Assembly (NCBI RefSeq): GCF_026571515.1
Contig: NW_026860290.1
Span: forward strand, 248,001 to 312,000
DNA from: Ruditapes philippinarum
Taxonomy: Eukaryota
Reading direction: 5' to 3'
DNA: 64,000 bases
Shown: in pieces, positions 54,247 through 64,000 of the stretch
How positions within the stretch are numbered: position 1 is the first letter of the stretch
Layout: the number at the start of each line of letters is the position of its first letter
Made by a program: the position numbers and the translations under genes
The notes under the pieces: model-generated
What the model saw: only the letters and a program-made list of their open reading frames with translations
Told to the model about the DNA's origin: nothing
The model's database searches: none

Positions 54247-57200
54247 ATGGAAGAAGATGATTTGTTAGGTTGCAAACACACTGACAAACAATGGATATGT
54301 CCGCTGGAGTCTTGCAGGAAAGTCTTAACAAGAAAGCAGACCCTCAAGTCACACCTTCGCACCATTCACAACATACACGGTATGAAAGATGACATTTTGA
54401 TATGACGTCGATTTAGATCACCATTAAGTTTTTGGTTATCTCTACTTATTCATGTCTTTATTTTGTATTCTTCATTATAATGATTAGTTTTGCTGTTAGC
54501 GAGTAGTATTTATAGATATTTATTTTCTTATATTTTCCCAAACAGAAGTCAAAGTTTACAGCATTGCAGAAATACTTTGGTCGATTTGAATGTAAGAAAT
54601 CGACTATGATTTTTAAACATGTATTTTCTACTGACGGACACTAGTTACATTGTCATATTTGGATGGCAATTTGCGATAACTTACAATTCTACGGATCTTA
54701 TCGTATATATTTTGAAATGCAAATAATATGAAATTAGGAGAAAACTTTGAAATATAGCCCCATTTTGCACTGATGTTTAACAATCCGTAGTTTTGATTTT
54801 GCGGAAATTTAAGCGTGTGCATTCTATCATACTAGTACTTATCAGCGAGTTGAAGTGGAAGATTATCTTATTTGCATATAAGCTGTCAAGACTCATTATA
54901 ATGTAAGAGTTCGTAATTTAATGTTTACAGAAGTAAAGTCAAGTGTCTGCCAGTATTGCTTTTTAGTGCATCGGAGAGTTAATTACTTTACTTCATTTCG
55001 AATTGCAATTTTCCTTTCATTCTTTATATCATTTTATTATGTTCCATGTTTCAAAACATAAAAATAGAGAGTTTCTAAGACTACTGTTAAAATAAACAGC
55101 AGGAAAACAAACATCAATTTATACGTAGTGTATTCGGGTTTATCTAAAAATACGTAATGTCGGACATCATTATGCTTTATAATTTTAATAAGTAACCACA
55201 ATACAAATGTAGAAAAAAGGAAAATTTATACATATTTAACAGAAAAAACAATGTTTTGAGAAGAACATGTTTGCTGAAACAAAATAACTTGATGTTCTCT
55301 CGAAATAAAGAAATCCCCAATTACGATATTTTTTCAGTAATTTTTTGACATCAAAATTATTAATTTATGCCGCTAGAAAATGAATTGTATAGCTGATTAG
55401 TCTTATACTGTTGTTTGTAAGGAACTTGCTAAGGGACCATAGATTGATGCGCATATAAATTATTTGTTACACCTTTGAAAAATATTTTCATATTATCCGA
55501 GACGTGTTCTTTCGGCATATTATCTCAATTTTATATGATCTACTTGTTTAAAAATCGGTAAATTTTACGGTATATTGAAAAATAATAATCTAATATTCCG
55601 TCATATTTGGCCCGTTTCTGTTTTACATTCTTAGAGGCAAACAGTATGTACATTCGGATAACACTAAGGGGGAAAACAATTTTAAAGGCCGTTACTGGAT
55701 CGGAAATATATGCCACAATCTCCGGCCCCTTAAGTTCTTATGGTAACTGACTGGCCAACGACTGTTGCATTATGAGTGTGTCACAGGGTAGAATTATAAA
55801 CTACAACTACTGGCGAAGGATCGTCAATTTAATTGTAATATATACGAAAAAAAAAGCCTAAAAACATAAATACATGATTATAATACAAGTTAATCAAAAG
55901 ATACATAAAATACACTGTTAGATAAACAAATAAAATTTTTATATTAAGTACGCTCAGTATATCTATACTCGTAAGAGAATAAAGATAAAGTGACCTGAAG
56001 AAGGAAAGTTCGCGGGAATTCGGAAGAAAGGAAATGTTAAAAACAATGTAAAACTTTCTCTCAAATCTCTTTCATACAACGTACAAAACGATTGGACAAA
56101 CAAAAACAGTTCACAAAATTGCACGAGATACAGACATAGTTGAATTGTTTCGGACGTTTCCGTGAATTTCCGCTTATAAGCGTACGTTACGGAACCAACC
56201 GATACAATACAATAGCAGACGATAACAGACGCCACGGACACAAACGGTAATCGACGCATGCGCGGACATTAACTATACTTTTCCCGCGACTAAATGACGA
56301 ACAGTGCACGGCAAAATGAACAATTAATATAACAAATAAATCGACCCGTGACATTCCGACATTTTATTTACCTATAAAACAGCTGTCTCAAAACTGCAGT
56401 ACCCATATAATTAAAAATCAGAACTGCATTTGAAAATAACATGTTTAACAGTAGTTTCTACTGTGTATATGTGTCTCCCGATTATATGAAACATTAAAAA
56501 TAAAGGTATATACCCAAAATAATAACTTTAAAGGTATAGGCTCAATATAACTGAAAATAAAGGTATAAGCACAGTTTAACTGATTTTAATGGTGTATTAC
56601 TGAAAATAAAGGTATAAGCTCAGTTCATTTTAATTTAAAGGTTTGAACTCAGTTTATATGAAATTAAAGGTATACCCCCAGTTTATCACGGGTCAATTTG
56701 TTTGAACATTTCCTGACATGACTTTAATATTTAACAAATATTAAACCATTTTTTACGGAATCAACATGTTCAGATGTGTGTTTAAATATAACACAATTCT
56801 GACGTGTGATTTGAGTATTTTCATAGGGATATAAACATGTGAAAACCAAGGTCGCGGAAATAGGTGACAAACGAAAAAAATCCGATTTTCGGACGACATT
56901 CATTTGTGAAAATCATCAATTAATTTCACAAAATGAAAAATGTACATGTTTTACATCTACTGTATATAAATTTACGTTGTTATAGATTAGTGAACAACTT
57001 TTCGATTATCATAATTTTAGGTGAATTAATAAAGTTATCAAAGTATACAGTATATATGTAGTAAATATATTCAAAAGTTTCATTTTCTTGGACAGCTGTA
57101 GAATGATACAGAGTCTTGTGGCTTTTCTGTTGATACATTTTATTACCAAACATTAATTTTGTACATGTGCAAAGTAATTTAAAGTATACTTCCATTTTAA

Positions 57201-60200
57201 AGAATATTTGCTTTTTTCGTTACAGCTGGCGACAGTCCAAAGAGGTACAAGCTTTATGAGTCAAACGAGGGAGTAAATGTCCCAAGAACAACTTTATTCA
57301 GAATATCAAAGAGGTTAGATATTTTTTGACTTTCCAAGAAGATAAAGAACACACATTATTGAAAATAAAATAAAACTTAATTGATTTTGTGTTGTATTGA
57401 AAATTAATTTTTGTACTAATAAATGTACGCAAGTGGGTGATAATGGCTATACATCTTTTTTGAAATGTATGTTTAATTCCAGAATGGATCATTCTACCTT
57501 TGCATGAATATTTATTCAATATTGAACATTTTTTTAGGGAAGAGGATTCAGTTCATCCTGGGACTGGAGAGAGTCATCTAGAAAAAAATGATACAGTGGA
57601 TTTGTCAACAAATGCTGAATGTAGCGAAGCTTGTGAAGAAGTTGATTATACAGTTTTGGATATGGATATAGAAAAATCACAAGATTCACAAGGCAATGCA
57701 AGTTCAGATGTGGACACAGCAGAACAATTATCATACACTAATAATCAAAGTGACGCCATATTAGACATCAACGAATATGCAGCTAAAACCTCTATTCCTC
57801 TTTATGTTATACCACCATCTTCAAACTGTTACCAAAGTAGTATTACAAAATTTGATCACGTAATGTCACTGTGTGCTATAGCTGCTAGACACAACATTTC
57901 TGATACATTGCTGAAAGATATTGTTGGGCTTATACAAATGCATTTACCTGAGCAAAATATAGGAGTTACAGATATAAATGAGTTAAAGGGAGCTTGTGGC
58001 TTTGAAAAGGATTACCTGAAATATCATACATATTGTGAAAATTGCAAGAAAATTTTTGAAGACCATTTAGATGAATGTCAAACTCCAAATTGTGATGGCA
58101 AAAAGTCTGATAATTTATGCAAGAAGTACTTTATTACAAGCAATTTAGGGATGCAGATAAAAGAAATCATTCAAAGAAAAGAAATTTGGGACGCACTATG
58201 TGACTTTATAGATCATCATGACAGATCTAGCATTGCAGATGTAAGAAGTGGAAGTGGATACAAGGAACTACAAAAAGAAGGAGGATTTCTAGATTCAAAT
58301 AGAAATATCACATTATCAATGTTTATTGATGGTGTTCCACTTTTTAAAAGTTCTGGAGTATCCATGTGGCCTGTGTATTTTATCATAAATGAGATACCAC
58401 CAAAGGAACGTTTTCTTAAAAAGAATATGCTTCTGTGGGGAATTTGGCAAGGAACAGGCAAACCAAAAATGACAATGTTTTTAACACCATTAGTTACAGA
58501 TCTCCTTATGCTCCACAATGACGGTGTTAACATTGTGAAAAATGGTACATCATATTTGGTTAAAGCTAAACTTATTATAGTTACAATGGATTTGCAGGCT
58601 AGAGCATATGTGACCAATATGACTCAGCACAATGGGGAATTTTCGTGCTTATACTGTACTGCCAGTGGGAAAGTTGTGAAGAGCGGTGCAGGAAACTGTC
58701 GAACTTTTCCCTTCAAAGATTATGATAAAAGAACAGATGATATGATTAAAGAAGCATCATTGACAGCGTCACAAACTGGCAAACGTTACCATGGTTTTTT
58801 TGGAGAAAGTATTTTAAGTTGCCTTCCATATTTTTCACTCTCAAAGAACATTGTTATTGATTATATGCATGGCACACTCCTCGGAGTAACAAAGAAATTC
58901 CTTGATATGTGGTTTGATTCCAAATATAAAGACACACCTCATTACATAGGAGACAGGGTAAAAGTTCTTGACAATCTAATGAAAGCAATATGTCCACCAT
59001 ATCTAGTTCATCGCTCCCCAAGAGTCTTATCAAATACATATTCTCACTGGAAAGCATCAGAATTAAGGAACTGGCTTCTGTTTTACTCTGTGCCATTACT
59101 GAAAGGAATTCTGCCAGAAGTATATCTGAAGCATTATGCATGTCTTGTAGAAGGAACATACATTTTGCTTAGTGAGGGAATAGCAAACCAGGACTTGAAT
59201 CGTGCTGATCTGCTACTAAAATTATTTGTTCAAAACATGGAAAATCTTTATGGCGAAGAAACGTTAAGTCTAAATATCCACAACCTTACTCATTCTGTTG
59301 ATATTGTACAACAATGGGGACCTCTATGGGGGTATTCTTGTTTTCCTTTTGAGTCATTTAATGGAGAAATAAAGCAATCTGTTCATGGAACTGGAAATGT
59401 TTGTAGACAGATCTTCTGGTCATTTCAGGCACAAAAACGGCTTGCACAGTTGTCAAGTAGTATGCCAGACTGCATGTCAAAAGATTTCATTCAGTCACTA
59501 GAAATTCGAAAAAGACAGTCATCTAGAACTGAAGCATATCAGTGCTGGATTATAAAGTTTTCCAATAATACCAGTGGATTCAAACAGGATATTTTGGCAA
59601 AAATTGAGAAAGAAATTGGCAATGCTGATTTCTCTACAGCCTCAAAAATAGTGAGAAATGGGTATACAATGTACACAAAAAATTCTAAAAAAGTTAAACA
59701 GCAAAACTCTTATACTATCAAATTGAATAACAGGGATATTTATGCTTTAGAAACAGAGCATTTTATAGTGCAAAATGATGCAGAAAGGAAAGTGTTTGCA
59801 GTTGGGACAGCACTGGTTAAGACTGGGTCTACTTTGGAAGGAACAGTGCCGCATCTAATACAAGTAACTAGAAGGTTTGTATACATTTAAAATGTTTCAT
59901 CTGAATTCACAGATTCATTTCAAATCATGTTTCAGAATTTCAAATTCTGTATTGTTAAAAGTCTATACTATTTGTTTGGTTCTGCCTACATTTGAGTCAA
60001 TCAATAGGAAAACAAATGTTAATTCTACATTCTTAAATATTCAGTTTACTCTGCTTTAAATTGAGCCCTCATATTTACTGTTTTATCTAAATTAATATTG
60101 GTGAGACTGCTTAAAATTGTTGATTCAAAGATTTAACCGTTACACTGTGAAACTTTTTTAATGCTTTTAATATGTTTCAAATTACATATTTGTAATTTTT

Positions 60201-60322
60201 CTACCTACAGGAAGGGAATGGAAGTGATACCTGCAGAACAATTACTTGAGCCACTAATAGTGATGACAAATGGAACAGATATTGCAGTAGCAAGCTTTCC
60301 AAACACATATGAAAGAGATTAG
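54247..60322 (+). CDS. CACTA/EnSpm-type DDE transposase (TnpD/Transposase_21-like) with N-terminal C2H2 zinc finger; 4 exons, 889 aa
   Basis: Exons 54247-54379 (WICPLESCRKVLTRKQTLKSHLRTIH, C-x4-C-x12-H-x4-H), 57226-57313 (KRYKLY...VPRTTLFR), 57538-59874 (bulk of ORF 57500-59890) and 60211-60322 (...FPNTYERD*); 2670 nt in phase. Motifs: YCENC...CQTPNC, FIDGVPLFKSS, MDLQARA, NGEFSCLYC, IDYMHGTLLGV, WKASELRNWLLFYS, HNLTH, WGPLWGYSCFPFESFNG. AATAAA at 60414. Confidence 0.92.
56497..56685. repeat. ~30-bp diverged tandem repeat in transposase intron 1
   Basis: Recurring AAATAAAGGTATAAGCTCAGTTTAACTG-like unit, ~6-7 copies. Confidence 0.65.
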
Positions 60323-60699
60323 TTCAAAACTGTCAACATTAAGTTGAAATGAGTAATCAGCAATACTGTATTGAAATACAATGCAATCTGTTCTGACAAT
60401 AAGCTGCAAAGATAATAAATACATTAAAATAGCAAGAGTGGTATTCTATTTAAGCTTAAAAAGGAAAAAAACATGCACTATTCTCTGACACATATAACTA
60501 CATGTATGAATCATTGCTATTTTTATCACATATCAGAGACATATTTATGTCTCTGCACATATGCATTAATGATAAATTGTTAATAGTATGCCAATAGTAT
60601 GTCAAGCAGTATTAAGCTCTATATTATTATGAAAAATTATGATATTTTAATCATTTAACTCGTGATAATATTGTAAGTGAAATCATGATAATGGCTCAA

Positions 60700-61067
60700 C
60701 ATTTTCCGAGATGAAATTTAGCTAAGTACAATTTTCCGAGGTGATTTCCAAGCTAAAAAATGGCAAAGTGTTTCAAACAAATTTGACGTAAATTTTCTAA
60801 GTTCTTTTACGAGCAAAAAAATGACAAAGTCCTTCATTTCCAAGCTTTTTCCGAGCTGTTTTTTGGCAGAGTATGTAAATTCCGAGACAGTTTCCAAGGT
60901 TTTCTTTATTTCCAAGGTTTTTTATACAAAAACCTTGGAAAAAATTTCCAAGGTTTTAAGAAAAACCTTGGAATTAAAAAAAAACCTTGTAAAACTGGTT
61001 TATTTCCAAGGTTTTTGAAGCAGTTTCCGTGGTTTTTTTCATAAACCTCGGAAAATCTACACCCGGG
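60700..61067. repeat. Right subterminal repeat field and TIR
   Basis: About a dozen or more TTTCC(A/G)AG(G)/AAACCTTGGAAA motifs, ending in AAACCTCGGAAAATCTACACCCGGG. Confidence 0.9.
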
Positions 61068-64000
61068 TTATGTGTGTGTTTATAATTATATCAATTTACT
61101 GCCCTCATTGACAAATACCCATATCTTATGACATTTAAAGTATAATATACATTAAATGTAACCATGTCTTTAAACTATAATATTTTATTGTTTGTGAATA
61201 AATATAGCAAAAATAAATATATAGGTCAAATGATTGCATTATATATCATTTTTGTGTGTGAAGTGATGAAATAAAATGTATTTGCTTACCGCAATTACCT
61301 GAGTAGTAGTACTAGCCCAATTGTTTACTGACTGTATTGTTGAACAATGAAGAAACAAAAAATACTTAAGTAGCAACCATTTAATCACCTCACCGTATTT
61401 ATTTCTAAGTCAATGCATGTTTAACCGTATTAAGTAAAGTGCACCTAGTAACTTTAAGATAACTTGAGATCACCTGTGATCATGTAAACATGTCATGTTA
61501 ACAATTATGTCGGTTAGTTTAATGATGTACAAAATATTTTTACATTAAGTGTTCTATAAAGAAATGATATTTTGCTACTCTTTTATGAGACTGCCATTTA
61601 TTTAGGCACATAATTTTTGTATTGTGAAATTGCTTAAATTGGGTAAAATTATCATCATAAGTCGAATTTTGAAAAAGTATTGACAACATTTTGGAAATGA
61701 AAAAGAATATGTGTTATTCATTGCACTTTTAATTTCAGTGTTATTCCATTCTTTGTTTGTGAAGGAAGTTAGAATATTACTTATTTACAGGAATTTTTTT
61801 ATGCAAAATCATATATCAATTCTTTTACTATATTAGCTTTTTCTTTATATAGTACATAACAAGGCAGATTTGGAATTTTGATGTTTGATGAGTCATTGCC
61901 CTATTTCTTACCAAAGAATATTAAGATTATATCCACAGCTGAGTAGTAAAAGGCCAGCAAAATAAATAATAGCCTGAGTACTTCAGCCAAAGGGCATTAT
62001 TCATTTCAGGATAGATTATCATCTTTCGATGTGTCTCTGATGTGTATTAATATCTTTAGTACGTCTTGATAGATCTAATAGTAGCACCATTTGAATAAGT
62101 TATATTTCTGTCGTTTAAATTCCCATCTCTGTACAGAAACTTATACAGAGTTGCTTCCCTTTTATACAAAGTCTAGTAAAATCAAGAAGCAAGTTTATTT
62201 TTTTCTTGGAATAAATTTTTTTCTTTAAATTTCTATAAAACTCTATTTGTACAAATTACGCTCAACAGTTATTAAAATAAAAGCAAGCGATCAGTGCCTA
62301 AAACCTACTTTTACTTTACAACTAGCTGTTTTTGATGTAAGACTTAAAATGTGACGTCATAATGTTTCAGTTTTGGCACGTCCTGCCTCAGGGTCAAAAC
62401 AGCCTCAGCCTTTTCCTTTGGGAAAATATGCTTAATTTTGGCATACTTTATGAAAAGGGGTCTCAAACTTTTAACAAGTTCTTTAAAATAGAAAAGCATA
62501 AAGCACTGGGAAATACTAATAAGGCAGTAAAAGACCTTTATTCAACACTATCATTTAATTTTGTTCTAATTTCAAAAGACTAGGGAAATTTGAGGACCAA
62601 ACTGGGGCAAAAAAGAGGCTAGTTTGGTTGGGGAAGCAGCCTATTTTTGGCATCTAGACTACAAAGAAGGGATTTTTTGGTAACTGTAAAAAAATACACA
62701 GCCCTTATAGTATCAAGCAAAAGGTGTTTCATAAGTCAGAAATTGCTGGCCCTTTCAGTACTAAGGGGTGACACTACATGTATAATAAACAGAACCTTTA
62801 CCTTTAACCTTCTTATAAATACAAAATTAATTAAACCGAAGTACTTCCTCTTCAAAATGTTTTTATTTCATAAATTGTTTCAAAGTACCAATTTCTGTAC
62901 TTGTTGGATAAATACCGTAGATTTTATAAAATGTGATGGCATCACCGGAGCGCGTGTAAGGATGTGATACGATCATATTGTGAAAGTTAAGGTCATATTG
63001 ATGGAGGGAGGTAGTATTGGATCACTTGCTTCAATGACATGTGTTAATATTCTGTAAATCACAGTTTGATATTGGTAATGTATTGTCACATGTCTGGCAT
63101 CGTGATATGTATAAAATGATTTTCCAATAACAATATATTTATAATACTGGTATGTGAAAGACAACAGAATAAAAAAATAACACATAATATTGCCATATTT
63201 CATTGCGATATGGCAGCATTGACTTGATATAGAAACCAGAGAGAAAATTTATACCTACAAAACAAGAAGTAATATATTGATATTTATTTATTTATTTAGA
63301 ATACTTATTTTTTTGCTATTTAAAAGTGTTACAATTATTATTTATTGAATAAAGTAAATAAATTTAAAATGTGTTAGTGTTGAAGTCTTGTAATTCTTTT
63401 ATAAAAACAAGATAAACATTTATCGAGGAAAATTATTTTTTTTCTAACATGTAGAAATTTATAGGAACAATTTTCATTCTATAATATACATTTTATTTTT
63501 TATGTAATTTGTTTTGTTTGGTTTGAGTAGTCGTTCTGCGCATTTGATAAATGTTTCTTAGAAAGTGTAAAAATATCTGATATGTTTGAAAGGCAACTTT
63601 CTGGGAGTCAATGAAAATTGAAGAAGTAAAAAAAGGAGTAAAATTTGGAATAGAATTCATATTACATTGGTACTATAACTGAAAAAGTGGTGTTCTTGGA
63701 TATATAATAAATACTTTTAGTTAGTGAATAGAAAGTGTTCTGGATTTGATGTCAGTGATTGTTTTGTCTGTGGACCTAATGTTTATGTATACTTATAAAT
63801 TGACAAGGAATTATTATATGTTAAAGATTTGTAAATAAATTAATGTTTTATACAGAATACATTACTTGCCAAATTTATATTATGTATTGTAAATGTTTGA
63901 TGAATAATTTCAGAATCAAATCAAATGAGAGTATTTTATGTTATTTCAAATTATTGTTTGTTGGCATATAACCATTCCAGAAACTGAAATTCTTCAGTCT

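Larger units (their letters stand above)
42971..61067. mobile_element. Full-length 18.1-kb CMC-EnSpm/CACTA-type DNA transposon carrying two divergent genes
   Basis: Left end CCCGGGTGTAGATATTCCGAGGTTT; right end reverse complement CCCGGGTGTAGATTTTCCGAGGTTT (24/25 identity). TT on both flanks. Subterminal repeat fields at both ends and an intact EnSpm-type transposase inside. Confidence 0.92.

Noticed and set aside
55963-56330. CpG-rich segment and 98-aa ORF in transposase intron 1 as a third gene
   Set aside because: No motifs or convincing exon chain; probably a repeat fragment whose ends I could not define.
58216-59172. Antisense and alternate-frame ORFs overlapping the transposase
   Set aside because: Shadow ORFs of a long coding exon with no recognisable motifs.
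57500-59890. Treating the 796-aa ORF as the complete single-exon transposase
   Set aside because: It starts at a TTG inside an intron. Clean splice sites at 57538 and 59874 link it in frame to additional 5' and 3' exons.

Overview
AT-rich, intron-rich animal genomic DNA. The repeat landscape and the GH10 gene suggest a bivalve mollusc (inference). Three host genes were reconstructed exon by exon with GT-AG junctions and consistent phases: an HSD17B14-like short-chain dehydrogenase (-, 9 exons, 262 aa), a METTL24-like membrane-anchored methyltransferase (+), and a secreted CBM+GH10 endo-xylanase (-, 13 exons, 566 aa). The main feature is an apparently complete 18,097-bp CMC-EnSpm/CACTA-type DNA transposon (42971-61067) with CCCGGGTGTAGA TIRs, a TT duplication and dense subterminal repeats. 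It carries two intact, divergently transcribed spliced genes that the ORF track largely misses. One is an 889-aa transposase with an N-terminal C2H2 zinc finger on a remote exon. The other is an 11-exon, 477-aa protein with a coiled coil, a C-terminal BEN-like domain and three tandemly duplicated 93-nt exons. Other repeats include Helentron-like (HINE) elements with internal satellites, 8 copies of a palindromic MITE, two hAT-like MITEs with clean TSDs, tRNA-derived SINEs, a decayed LINE and minisatellites. All family assignments come from motif recognition by eye; no database search was run.
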